From NCBI GenBank assembly GCA_947626895.1, contig CANQTY010000003.1, positions 1,763-65,762 on the forward strand: a DNA stretch of 64,000 nucleotides, in the 5' to 3' direction. The first letter of the stretch is position 1. The number at the start of each line of letters is the position of its first letter. Below the pieces are notes generated by a model that did no database searches, was not told the origin of the DNA, and saw only the letters and a list, made by a program, of their open reading frames with translations. Made by a program: the position numbers and the translations under genes. The stretch comes from an uncultured Bacilli bacterium (lineage in GTDB: Bacteria > Bacillota_I > Bacilli_A > RFN20 > CAG-449). Below, in pieces: positions 42,307-56,200 of this stretch.

Positions 42307-42390
42307 TGGTACCCCTAGTCGGACTTGAACCGACACGGATCTCTCCAAACGATTTTGAGTCGTTCGCGGCTGCCATTACGCCATAGGGGC
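42307..42390 (-). tRNA. tRNA-Leu (anticodon CAA), long variable arm, CCA encoded
   Basis: Minus-strand read GCCCCTATGGCGTAATGGCAGCCGCGAACGACTCAAAATCGTT...GTCGGTTCAAGTCCGACTAGGGGTACCA. Acceptor stem is 7 bp (one G-U pair). Anticodon stem AACGA/TCGTT with loop CTCAAAA. T-arm GTCGG/CCGAC. Confidence 0.85.
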
Positions 42391-42495
42391 AAGTGAGGTT
42401 ATTTTATCAAGCTCTAGATAAAATAACAAGGAAATTTAAAAATTCTCTTTTTTCGTAAGGGTATGCTTGAAAAAGTGGGGCTTTCCCCCACTTTC

Positions 42496-44268
42496 TTAAG
42501 CTTCTTGTTTCGATTTATCTTTGATAAATATCGACTCTTCTTCTTTTGATTTTACTTCTCGTTTAATTAGTTTCTTTTCAATTAATTCAACTGTTCCTTC
42601 ATAGGGTAAATAGTAATCTTTCGATTCAAAACTTTCATCTTTTTCTAAACCATATTTCGTCATCACATCTTCAATTAAATCATTACTATAACGAATACGT
42701 TTATCATTTTTTAATCGATACATACAAGGTGTATCTACATAAGATGTATTATTTGATGCATCCTCGACGCCATATTTAGTATCTTTATAAGAATCAACTT
42801 CTAAAGCTAAATAAATACATAATGTATTACCACGGAAAGATAAGCGAATAACACTATTTCTTCCTACATTAAATGTTTCTCTTTTCCAAGACATTCTTGC
42901 TTTGACATTCTTATAAGAAAGAATCTTATTTTTCACTTCAGTATAGTAATTTTTAACTACATCATCTGCTTGAATTAATCTAGCTTGGAAACTCTTATTA
43001 TATCTTAATGTTCCTGCTTCTTGAGAATCAATCACTTCTGGAATAATGATGACTGGTTTTTCTTCTTTTACTTCCTCGACTACCTCAATTTCAGGTTGAG
43101 CTTCTTTTAAATCTTTAGGTTCCTCTAGAACATCAACTAGAAATTCTTTAACTTCTTCTTTTACAGGTTCTTTTTCTTCTTTAACCTTTTCTTTAGAGAA
43201 TATCGACTCTTCTTCTTTTGATTTTACTTCTCGTTTAATTAGTTTCTTTTCAATTAACTCTACTGTTCCTTCATATGGTAAATAGTAATCTTTTGATTCA
43301 AAACTTTCATCTTTTTCTAAACCATATTTCGTCAGCACATCTTCAATTAAATCATTACTATAACGAATACGTTTATCATTTTTTAGTCGATACATACAGG
43401 GTGTATCTACATAAGATGTATTATTTGATGCATCCTCGACGCCATATTTAGTATCTTTATAAGAATCAACTTCTAAAGCTAAATAAATACATAATGTATT
43501 GCCCCTAAAGGATAAACGAATAACACTATTTCTTCCTACATTAAATGTTTCTCTTTTCCAGGACATTCTTGCTTTTACATTCTTATAAGAAAGAATCTTA
43601 TTTTTCACTTCAGTATAATAATTTTTAACTACATCATCTGCTTGAATTAGTCTAGCTTGGAAACTCTTATTATATCTTAATGTTCCTGCTTCTTGTGAAT
43701 CGATCACTTCTGGAATAATAACTACTGGTTTTTCTTCTTTTATTTCCTCGACTACCTCAATTTCAGGTTGAGCTTCTTTTAAATCTTTGGGTTCCTTAAC
43801 TGGAGTTTCTTCAATAATAGGTTCTTCTATTGCATCATCTTTAACTATAATAACTTCTTCTTTTTCTTCTTTATGAGGATTTGGTTTAACATTAATCTTA
43901 TAGATTTCCTCGAAGGACTTATAGTGAACCTTAACAAAGTGTTCTCCTTCTTCTTCCATATTGGGTATTTCTATTTCAAAACCTTCTTTGATCTTTTCTT
44001 TTTTAGGCTTTAAATTATATTTACATTCCAAAACTAATCCTTCACTAGAAAAGACTTCATTATATTCAAAGACTTTCTTTACTTCTTCTGTATTAATCTT
44101 CATATATAATAGCTTTCTTTCTCTTTTCTTGTTCTTTTTAAAGATTAATATAAGAAGTAATACAATCATTAATAAAGAGATTAATACTTCAAGAGCATAT
44201 AACCAAAATAAGGCTGTATCAATCTCCCATGGAATTTCATATCCAAATACTTTAATTGTTGCTATCAT
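42496..44268 (-). CDS. Membrane protein (N-terminal TM, predicted cytoplasmic body) carrying two near-identical ~224-aa tandem repeats; translationally coupled to the giant gene
   Basis: TM helix LFWLYALEVLISLLMIVLLLILIF followed by KKNKKRERK. Two copies of ...LRYNKSFQARLIQADDVV...RGNTLCIYLALEVDSYKDTKYG...EEESIF. The start ATG overlaps the giant ORF stop as ATGA. Confidence 0.7.
   Translation of the reverse strand: MIATIKVFGYEIPWEIDTALFWLYALEVLISLLMIVLLLILIFKKNKKRERKLLYMKINTEEVKKVFEYNEVFSSEGLVLECKYNLKPKKEKIKEGFEIEIPNMEEEGEHFVKVHYKSFEEIYKINVKPNPHKEEKEEVIIVKDDAIEEPIIEETPVKEPKDLKEAQPEIEVVEEIKEEKPVVIIPEVIDSQEAGTLRYNKSFQARLIQADDVVKNYYTEVKNKILSYKNVKARMSWKRETFNVGRNSVIRLSFRGNTLCIYLALEVDSYKDTKYGVEDASNNTSYVDTPCMYRLKNDKRIRYSNDLIEDVLTKYGLEKDESFESKDYYLPYEGTVELIEKKLIKREVKSKEEESIFSKEKVKEEKEPVKEEVKEFLVDVLEEPKDLKEAQPEIEVVEEVKEEKPVIIIPEVIDSQEAGTLRYNKSFQARLIQADDVVKNYYTEVKNKILSYKNVKARMSWKRETFNVGRNSVIRLSFRGNTLCIYLALEVDSYKDTKYGVEDASNNTSYVDTPCMYRLKNDKRIRYSNDLIEDVMTKYGLEKDESFESKDYYLPYEGTVELIEKKLIKREVKSKEEESIFIKDKSKQEA
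42524..43867. repeat. Near-perfect 672-bp tandem duplication inside CDS 42496-44268
   Basis: ATCGACTCTTC... at 42530 recurs at 43202. About 96% DNA identity over about 670 bp. Confidence 0.8.
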
Positions 44269-47200
44269 TCTTCGTCTCCTCCTTCGTCCTTCCTTCTGAT
44301 GACCATAATTATTAAGATACCTAATAAGATAATTTGTAAACCTAATATTACAATGGGTATGCTTAAATCATTTCCTAAAGAAATACCCCTTCTTTGATAA
44401 TTACATACTTTACATGTATTATTTTCAAAATCATGTTCTTCATGTATTGTACATCCATCCACGACACAATAATGTTCATTTTCATTACTTTCATAACTCG
44501 CTTCATGTTCTTCTATATAGCCACATGTTGTACACAAATGAATATGTTTATTATCTTCTTTTAACCATTCTCCATAAGTATGATTGAGCTTTGTTTCACT
44601 TGCCATACCACATACTTCACAAAGTAAATAGTGTCCATTTTCATCATGACCATATATGGAAGTAAAGATATGTTCACCTTCATTAAATCTTGCTCCACAT
44701 ATATCACATACTTGATAATGTTTATTTCCATCAATGTGATAGATTAAATCTTTACTAGAGTGTGCTTCTTTTTCTTTACTTGCATAACCACATACTTCAC
44801 AGATCTTATAATGATGTGTACTATCATATTTATATGTATCTTTAAAGACATGGGCTTCTTTATCATATTCACCACATTTACTACATACGTGATAATGATA
44901 TGTATCATCAAATTCAAAGGTAATAGAATTATCATGTCCTTCAACAATCGTACAATCTTTTCCTACACATCTATGAGATGCATCATCTACTCTTTCCCAA
45001 TGAATTTCATGAGAATCAGTCGCTTCACATCCATCCACTAGACAAGTTCTTACATGGTGATTACCATCGACTTCCCATAGACTCCATTGATGAGATTCTT
45101 CTAGACCACATACTTCACAAATATGATGTTCATGATCTTTATTTTGCCAAATTGGTGCATGATGAATGATGTATCCACATTCACATTGCCCATAATGTTC
45201 ACCATTTACTGTTGCCCATATAAAGTGATGTTCATCACTAATACTTGTTTCATAATCACACACAGAACATTCTTGATGATGTCCTAATTCTTCATCATTT
45301 ACCCAAATTAGATCATGATTCTCGACAATATTACAACCTGAAACAGTACATTTATGTTTGGCTACCGCTACATCATTTTCCCATTGAGCAATATGTGTAT
45401 CATTATAACCACATGTTGTACAAGTTCTATAGTGTATTCCTGTTTCAGTATTGATTGTCCAACTAGTAAAGCTATCATGTTCAACGTGTGTACTTTCTTT
45501 TCCACATACTTCACATACTTGATAATGTCCATCTTTATCACTTGAATATACATCTTTTGGATAGCTATGTTTTTCAACATCATAATGTGCTCCACATATA
45601 CTACATTCATGATAATGATTTCCTTCTTTATCACTTAACCATGTGCTTGATCCATCATGTCCTTGTTTAATATTACAACCTACATAACTACATACATGAG
45701 TTAAGCCATCGCCAGAATCTACATAATTTTCTTTGTGGCTTTGTCTTGATGCTTCTGTATGACAAATTTCACATTCTCTAGTATGCTCATGGGGCGCTTC
45801 TGGATTTAAATCATCTTGCCATTCACCATAAGTATGCGTTTCATTACTGTATTTTTCTTTACAAGTATTACATTCCTTCCAGTGAGATGTGCCATCAGAA
45901 CTCCAAGTTACTTCATCATGGCTTGCTCTATCTTTTTCATATCCACATGAACATGACCACCAGTGCTCTTCATTATTGAAATGTTTCTCAAATGAATGTG
46001 CTGATTTATTGATAATATCCCCGCAGGTATCACAAATTTCATAATGATTCTCACTATCATAAGTAGATGTATAATTATGGGAGGTTCTACTACCAGCTTT
46101 TTCTGCACCACATAAATCACATACTTCCCAATGATCATGAGTATCATGATCATATTTACCATTAAATACATGCTCTTGATTTTCATTAAATCTAGTTCCA
46201 CAGAATTCACATACTTGATAATGATGCCCATCACCAGCATCTTTCCAACTTGAAGAACTATGAGATCCTATATCAATTCTATGCCCACATTTAACACATG
46301 CATGGAAGTGAATATTTTCCTCGACTTGCCAATCTAATTTATAACTATGCTCTTCTTTTGTAGATTCTATTGCTCTATTACATACATCACATACTTGATA
46401 ATGGAATTCTCCATATTCAATATATTTATTACTAAATTGATGCTCCCCTTTATTAAATTGAGCATGGCAATCATCACATACTTGATAATGATAATTTCCT
46501 GTTTCATCAAGATTATATCCTCGTGAAGAATGATGTGATGTTTCACTACCCGTTTCCTTATGTCCACATTCATCACATACTTTCCAATGTACTTCACCAT
46601 TCTCTTCATACTGATAGGTATTATAGTGATGCTCAGAACGATTGATTTCTTTACCACATGAACATACTTGATGATGTTCTTCACCAGAAATTACATATTC
46701 TGTTGCACTATGTGAACGTAATTGATCTTTATATTGACATACTGTACATTCTTTCCAATGTGTTTCATCATTATATTTCCAAGTATCATCATAAGTATGA
46801 GAACCTCTAGCAAATTCTATACCACATTCTTTACATACTTTATAATGTTGATTTTTTACTAAATCCATAATATAACCATCGGAAGTATGTTCTACTTCTT
46901 CTGTTTTATATCCACATATTGAACATTCTTGATAATGTTTCGTTTGATCTTCTGTTTCTTTCCATTCTAAACTATGTCCAGAAAGTTCTCCTTTATATCC
47001 ACATTCTTTACATACTTTCCAGTGATTTGTTCCATCTTTTGACCATTCTACACCTTCATAATTATGTGCTTTGCTACCATACGTAGCACCACATACTTCA
47101 CATATATGATAGTGATTTTCTTCCGTGGCATAGTAGTTATTTGTTAATCCTGATTCTCCTTTATCTGGAGTATGGTCGTTTCTTTCAAATTCTGCGCCAC

Positions 47201-50200
47201 ATTTATCACATTTTTTATAATGTTGATGAAGTTCATTATCTACTATCCATTCTGAAGATTCATGTTCACTACTTTCACCTTGTTTTTTCATTCCACATAC
47301 ATCACAAACTGGTGAATGTGTACCTTCTCCTGAATTACTTTCATAAATTCCTTTTTCATAAGTATGATTACCTTTATCAAATTCACCACATTTATAACAT
47401 TTATGATAATGATAACTGCCATCTGCACTATTAAACCATGTTGTTAAATCTGCACCTTCATGTGACGCAGTAATTGTACATTGATCACATTTATGCATAC
47501 CATCATCGACTGGTGACCAAGTGGTTTCTTCAATTGAATGTTCTTCATGGAACCCACATATAATACAATCTCTTTCATGCATTGTTCCATCAGCACTTAC
47601 TTTCCATTCGCCAATATGCGCTTCATGATGTGTTACATATCCACAATCTTCACATCTTTGAATATATCCGTCATCATCATGCCCTTCTGGAACAAAATTA
47701 TGTACTCCATAATTATGTTTATATCCACATTTTGTACATTCTTGCCAATGATAAGTTTTATCCGTACTAACCCATTTATCTAACTCATAAGAATGAGTCT
47801 CTCTTGAAGATTCAATAATAAATCCACATATACTACAAACTTGATAATGTTCACTTTCGTTAGATTGCCATCCAACTTTTGGAGTATGTGCTTCTTTATT
47901 AAAGACTGCGCCACAATCTTTACATACTAACCAGTGATTTGTGCCATCATCATAGTATTCTAGTGATCCGTCCCCTTTTGTTTTTGCTTCATGAGAAAGA
48001 ATACCTTTATCTTCTCCACCTTCATCTCTTGTAGATTTTCCACATACATCACAAACTAACCAGTGACCTTTGTCATTGCTTTCATAATGATTACGATGTT
48101 CTTCTGAAGGTGTTCTATATTCACAATCTTCACAAATTTGATAATGCTTATTATTTTCACCATCTTGATAATATGTATCTCCAAAATTATGATTTACACG
48201 TTCAGTTTCATAACCACAATCTTTACATTTATAATAATGACCTAAAGCTTTATCTGATTCTTTAGTATATGGAGTTTCAAAATTATGTCCCTCTGTTGGG
48301 GTTTCATATCCACATACAGAACATCTTTGATGATGTCCTAAAGAAGGATCCTTTTCTTGAATAAATGTATCGCCAAAATTATGTGCTCCATCATTAAATC
48401 TAGCACCACATACATCACAAACCTTATGATGTCCATCTGCACCATCAATAATATATGATTCAGAGCTATGTTCTTCATAGATATTGCAATCTTCATATTG
48501 ACATGTGTGAGTGTTCTTCCCTATATCTTCTTTAAATGAGGCAAAGTGAGAATCTACATAACCACATCCTACTTGAGTACATGTTCTTTCATGTGCTCCA
48601 GTACGTTCATTAATTGTATATCCTTCTGCATCATATGTATGCGCAGATTCATTAAATTTTTGTCCACATTTATCACATAATTGATAATGATTATGTTCAT
48701 CATGCTGCCAAGTCGATGAAGAATGAGATGTTTTTTCATTATCATGACCACATAAAGAACATTTTTGATGATGTCCTTCTAAGCCATCACTTATCCATGT
48801 ATCACCATAGGAATGCTCTCCATAGTTAAATCTAGCACCACAAATTTGACATACTTGATAATGTTGACCTTTTTCTACGTCATCTATCCAAGCACCGTCT
48901 ATACTAGAATGCTCTGTTACATCACTTCTATATCCACAATCAGCACACAAATGATAATGTGTAGTCTTATTATCATCATAATGCCATGGTGTTCCATCAC
49001 CATAATTATGATTTTTTCTAGTGCTTCCATCTACTAAACCACATACTTTACATAATTTATAATGTTCTTCTTCAGTTGTAATATAAGGTTGATCTTCAGA
49101 ATCATGTACACCTTCTTCAATTTTTTGTCCACATACACAAATCTTATAGTGATTTTTTCCATCACTAATCCATACATCTGAAGAGTGTTCTTGTTCTGCA
49201 ACACCTGTTTGTTTTGCACCACAAATATCACACACTAACCAGTGATGATTTTCATCATGATCGTATTTTGAATTAAATTGATGTTTTTGTTGACCATAAT
49301 GTTCTCCACATGTTGCACATTGATAATAATGTCCATTAGGATCATCTGTATGCCATCCATTATTTTCTGTTGTATCTTGTGTATGTGCTGCTCGATCAAA
49401 TTCGGTACCACAAATAGCACATTTATGATAATGTCCACTATCCTTATCATTATACCAACCATGGCCATCTAAAATATGATCTTCAACAAAATCACAACCA
49501 TCTTCCAAACATCTATGTTGATCTGTTGCTTTTTCCCACTTACTAGAATCAGTACCTTCATGTTGTTGTATAGCAGTACAACCCTCAACTATACAACTTC
49601 TTTGATGTCCTTTTTCACCAAATTTTTCCCATGCTCCCCATTTATGTTCTTCAGTTAATGTGCAATCTTGACATTGATGATTCTTTCCGTCATTAGAATC
49701 TTTCCAATTTCCAAGATGAGAATCTACATAACCACATCCTTCAACTTGACAAGTTCTTTCATGTAATCCTGTTTTTTCATTTAATGCCCAGCCTTTAAGT
49801 GCATCATTACTATATGTATGATCTTCTGGTTTGGTCTGTTTTCCACATACTTCACAAACTTGCCAGTGATGATTTTCATCATGTTCATATTTATAAGTAT
49901 GTGATTTACTATTATCATAATTTTCATTACAAAGAGAACAATGATGATAATGTTCCGTATCATTTGATTCCCAAGTATTAGATCCATTATGTCCTTCAGT
50001 AATCGTACATTGACTACACTTATGTGTACTCTCATTTATATAAGTCCAACCATCATCTCCAGGAATAGCGTGTGAATTTGTAGCGGTACAACCTTCTACT
50101 GTACATTCTTGTACATGTTGCCCTTCAACAACTTTCCATTCTCCCCATTTGTGTTCTTCTACAATATTACAACCCGATTCATCAGTACATTTATGTTTAC

Positions 50201-53200
50201 CACTACCTTCATCATTAGTCCATGATGGCGTATGTTCAATTCTATATCCACATTGCTCACATTGCCCAACATGCTTACCATCTATAGTGTTCCATTTGAA
50301 ATTATGTGTTTCACTTCTATTTGTTGTATAGTTACATCCCTCAACTGAACATTTTTGATAATGTCCACTTTCTTCTTCATTCACCCAAATCAAATCATGA
50401 TTTTGCTTAATATCACAATCTGAAACGGTACACTTATGTTGATTATTTTCAGAATCATTTTCCCATTTAGCAATATGTGCATCATTATAATTACATGTTG
50501 TACATGTTCTATAGTGTAATCCAGTTTCAGTATTTGTTGTCCAACTAGTAAAGCTACCATGCTCAACGTGTTCTGTTTCTTTTCCACATACTTCACATAC
50601 TTGCCAGTGTCCATCTTTATCACTTGAATACACATCTTTTTGATAGCTATGGTCTCCAACATCATAATTTGATTTACATACTGAACAATAGTGATAATGA
50701 TTGTCTTTATCATCCGTATGCCATCCATTATTTTCTGTTGTATCTTGTGTATGTCCCTCTTTTGCAAATTCGGCACCACAAATATCACATTTTTTATAAT
50801 GTTGATTATGTTCACCATCTACAAGCCATGTCTCTGAGTGATGCTCTTCAACAAAATCACAACCATCAATTGTACATTCATGCTTGCCATCATTTATTTT
50901 CCAATTACTTGTACCATCATGTTGTTGTGTTGCAGTACATCCCTCAACTGAACAACTTCTTTGATGTCCTTTTTCACCAAATTTTTCCCATGCTCCCCAT
51001 TTATGTTCTTCAGTTAATGTGCAATCTTGACATTGATGATTCTTTCCGTCATTAGAATCTTTCCAATTTCCAGGATGTGATGCTGTTCTATATTCACAAC
51101 CCTCTACTGTACAGGTTCCTACATGTTCACCATCTACAACTTGCCATTTAATGACATGCTTATTTTCATCTGTTTTATCCTTTGTTGCATCACAGAAAAC
51201 ACATTTATGATAATGATACTCATCATCATAACGCCATGTTTCTTCCCATACATGCGGGGATTCTAATTTACATGTTTCACAAATATGTTTTCCATTTTTA
51301 TTATCATTCCAAACTGGATCATGTCCTTCATCTTGATATCCACATTCACATGTCCCTATATGTCTTCCATTTACTTCTGCATAGGTTAAATTATGATTTT
51401 CAGTTCTTCCACTTCGATGTCCACATACTGAACATTCTTCATGGTGATTTTCATTATCTTTATCATCCACCCAATGATATGAATGTCCCTCTTGTAATAC
51501 ACAATCTTTACATTGATGATGCTCATCATCTCCCTCTAATTCTCCCAAATTTGGTAGATGTGATTCACTATATCCACATGTTGAACAGGTCCTTTCATGT
51601 TTTTCAGTTTCTACATTATAATTCCAACCTTCATTTTCTGTTCCTTTATATGAATGTTCTTCATGTGTACTTTCTTTTCCACATACTTCACAGACTTGCC
51701 AATGTTCTTCTTTATTACTTGAATATACATCTTTTTTATAGCTATGTGCTGCTTCATCTAAACGTTCATGACATACACTACATTCATGATAGTGATTTGT
51801 GCCATCATCTTTCCAATCACTACTAGGTTCATGCGCTCCTTTAATTGTACATTCTGAGACATCACAATGGTGTCCTTGTTCTAATCCTGTTCCATCAGAT
51901 ACCCAATGAGGATTATGTCCTTCCGTTTGTTGATAACTACAATCTTCACAAGTTCCTACATGTTTTCCATCTATTTCATGCCAGATTGTGAATTTATGAG
52001 ATGCATGTGTTTTTTCTTCATATTCACATATAGAACATTTTTGGTGATGTCCAGTTTCGTCACTAACCCATATGTCAAATGTATGTTCTTCAGGTTCCTT
52101 TCCAATACATAAAGTACACCAGTGTCTATCTGCATCACTTCCCCAACTAGCGAAATGACTATCTACATAACCACATTTAGTACATGTTCTAGAGTGATTT
52201 TCCCATGCAACACCAGTATAATCATGTACTTGCATTTTTGCTATCGTGGACTGACAAACAGTACAGAACTTATAATGTCCATCTGCACTTTGTAAGTATG
52301 ATTCGCTATGTCCATCTACATTAATTTTTTCACCACATGCATCACATATTTTCCAGTGATTAGTTTCATCATGTTCGTAAGAACGTGTTGAACTATGTCC
52401 TTCATGAGCTCCTTCTGCTCCACAAAGATCACAGATTCTCCAGTGTTCTTCACCTTTATATCCATATTTATTTAATTCATAAGTATGTTCTCCAACATTA
52501 AATTGTTGTTTACATGTATCACAAACTTGATGATGGTTGTCACCTTCAACATACCAACCTGTATCATCAGGAGTATGAAGTACATGTTCGCTTTCTTGAC
52601 CACATTCACATACTTGCCAGTGTGCTAAATTATTAAATTGATACTCACCTTCTTTAAAGGTATGCTTAGTAAATTCAAATTCCGCATTACAATAATCACA
52701 AACTTTATGATGTCCTACTCCGTGTTCCACATCATCTGATGAATTTGTAACTAAATGACTAGAAGTATGGACTCCATTTATATCACATTCAGCATATTGA
52801 CATGTATGTGTACCTTTACCTACATCTTCTTTAAATGAACCAAAGTGAGAATCTACATAACCACATCCTTGTTCAGTACATGTTCTCTTATGTATTCCTC
52901 CATCATCAGTGAATTTTCCATCACCAAAATTATGTGATATTTTCTCACTATCTGCATGACACACACTACATTCTTGATAATGCCCTTCAGACCCTGCGGA
53001 TATCCAAGATGAACCCCAATTATGTTCAGAATTTTCAAATTTGACTCCACATACTTTACATATTTTATAATGTTCACTATCACTAATATGCCATTGTCCT
53101 TCACCTAAATCAGAAATATGATCCTCGTGTAAAGATTCATAACCACATGTACAAGAACGATAATGTTGATTTCCAACAACTGTATACCCGTTATGTTCAC

Positions 53201-56200
53201 CAGTAAATGTATGTCTAGCTTGATCTTTTATAAAGCCACAAATAGAACATTGATGATAGTGATATGTGTCATTATAATACCAGTTATTAGGATTGCCTTC
53301 ACGACTAAAATCGTGTGCCTCTGCAGTACTAGTTACAACACCACAATATTTACACACTTGATAATGATATGTTCCATCTTGGGTATATTTTTTCTCAAAA
53401 AAATCATGTGGAGTTATGTCAAAACGTTGACCACAATCATCACAAACCTTATAGTGACCAACATCTTTACCACCATCAATATATGTACCAGAACTATGAT
53501 GAGCAGTTTTATGATCGCCATCTTTATTTTCATAACCACATTCGTCACAAATTAACCAGTGAGAATCAATATCATAACCATAATGATCTGTGTAGCTTGA
53601 TGTATGCTTGTCATATTCTGTGCCACAAATAGTACATTGATGATAATGCACTAATTTACCATCTTCTTCCTTTTGTAACCATGTATCATATCCATCATGC
53701 CCTTGTTTTATATTACAATTTGGATCAGTACAAACATGAGATTTAGGATCTTGTTCAGATGGTTCAAAATGCTCTGTATGACTTTGTTTTGCGTCATCTA
53801 GTTTACATATCACACATTCTCTTGTGTGAGTGTGTGTTTCTGATGGATTATAATCATCTACCCATTCTCCATAAGTATGTGTTGCTTCGTTTAAATGAGT
53901 AGCATGACATGTAGCACAATTTTGCCAATGCTTTGAATTATTTTCATTTCCATTTGTTTCCCATGACAAATTATCATGTGCAACTTTTTCACCAGAAAGT
54001 CCACAACCATCACAAATCAACCAGTGATTTGTTTCGTCATAATTATATTGCCCTTTAGAATAATCATGTTTTCCATTTTCAAATTTTGCTCCACAAACAT
54101 CACATAATTTATAATGATTTGTTCCATCACTTAACCATGTATCTGTTGTACTACTATGTTCTTCTTCATCTAAATGCGCATGACATACATTACATTCATG
54201 ATAATGATTTTTTCCATCATCTTTCCAATCACTACTAGGCTCATGATTTCCTTCAATCGTACAATTTGGAACATTACAATGGTGACTTTGTCCTAATCCT
54301 GTTCCATCAGATACCCAATCTGGAGTATGTCCTTCCGTTTGTTGATAATTACAAATTTTACAAGTACCAACATGTTTTCCATCTATTTCATGCCAAATTG
54401 TAAATTCATGATCTTCAGGAGCTCCAGTTGTGTATGTACATCCCTCAACAGAACATTTTTGATAATGTCCGTCTTCATTACTAACCCATACTAATGTATG
54501 TTTATCAGTTGCATCACATATATCACATTTATGATTTTCGTTATCTCCTGCATCTACCCAATGTGGATCATGACTATCTACATATCCACAATCATTACAT
54601 GTTCTAGAATGATTTTTCCATGCTACATCAGTATAATCATGTTCTACTCTTCCGTATTCATTTTTACATGTAGCACAAATATGATAATGATCCTTATCAT
54701 CGCTATGCCAACCATTATTTTCTTCTATATCTGGAGTGTGTTCCCCTATATCATATTCGCCACATTTAGTACATAAATGATAGTGTTTTAGTGTTCCATC
54801 ATAATCTTTCTCTAACCAAGTATCATAGCCATCATGACCTTCGGTAATAGTACAAGTGCCATTTGCACCATTACATTTATGTGTACTATTATCTACTTTT
54901 TCCCAACCTACTCCGTTTATTTCATGGCTTTCATATTCTTCACAAACAAGACAAGTTCTTTCGTGGCGTAACTTATCTTCACTTATATGCCATTCACCAA
55001 TATGTTCTTTGTGCTCAACAGTATATCCACAGTCTTCACATGTTTGAATGTAGGTACCATTTTCTTGTTTTTCCCATGATGTAAAATTATGCGGTCCCAT
55101 ATTGTGGAACTTATATCCACAATCTATGCATTCTTGCCAGTGATTTGTTTCATCGGCAGTCCATCCTGCATTTTTAGCTGTGCCTTTATTTTCAGTGCCA
55201 TAATTATGAGGGGATACACCAAATGTAACATGACATACTGAGCAAATATACCAGTGATTAGTATCATCTCCAACATCTAACGTTTCTTCAGTTTTTGTAT
55301 GGCTTTCAACAAATCCACATCCTGGATAGTTACATTTATGATGTTCTCCATCACCAGAATCAACTAGTTTCCATGGATCTCCAATGGTATGTTCAGCATT
55401 AAATCCACATACTGAACATGTCGCAGTATGCTTATTTCCTTCATATGTCCAATCAATAACATGATTGGCAACATCCACTTTTTCTCCACATACTGAACAT
55501 TTATAATAATGTCCTGTTTCATCTGCATAATATCCATTATTATAAGATCCTTTTTGATCTAAGTGATCGTGATCCTCTACTATAGAACAGTCATCTTGCC
55601 CATCCTCTGATCCAGCACATTTATGCTGCGAACTATTAAATTTTTGAAAATTTGGTGTATGGCTTTGTCTATAATGTCCACTACCACCTGCTTGTATACA
55701 TGTACATTCTCTATAATGAATACCACTATCTATATCGTTATGCCATTCAGAATATGAATGAGAATCAAAAAAGCCACAACCATCTACATCACATTGATGT
55801 CGTGTTTCATCAAGATATTTAAATCCTCCTTCTGCGTGTCTACTTACAGCACCACATGTACATGCACCACGATGAGACTTATTACCATCATCTACTATTA
55901 CTTCCCATCCAGAAAAACTATGAGAAGTAATATTAAGATTTGCACCACAAATAGTACATACATTATAGTGATGTTCAGTATCATAAGACCATTCAGTTTC
56001 ATCATAATCATGATTTGCAGCAGGAATTCCACAACCCAACTCAGTGCACTGATGTTTTTCACTATTATCTATAGCATCCCATATGGGTGCATGTTCTTTA
56101 TGATAAGTACAACTACCACATGTTCCTTGATGATCACCACTAGATAAAGTATTCCATGCCAAAGAATGCGTTTCTTTAGTTGACTCTTGTTTTTCATGAC

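Noticed and set aside
36800-42390. Integrase or recombinase expected next to the tRNA-Leu-associated island.
   Set aside because: None of the ORFs shows tyrosine or serine recombinase motifs, so the island is not called a mobile_element feature.
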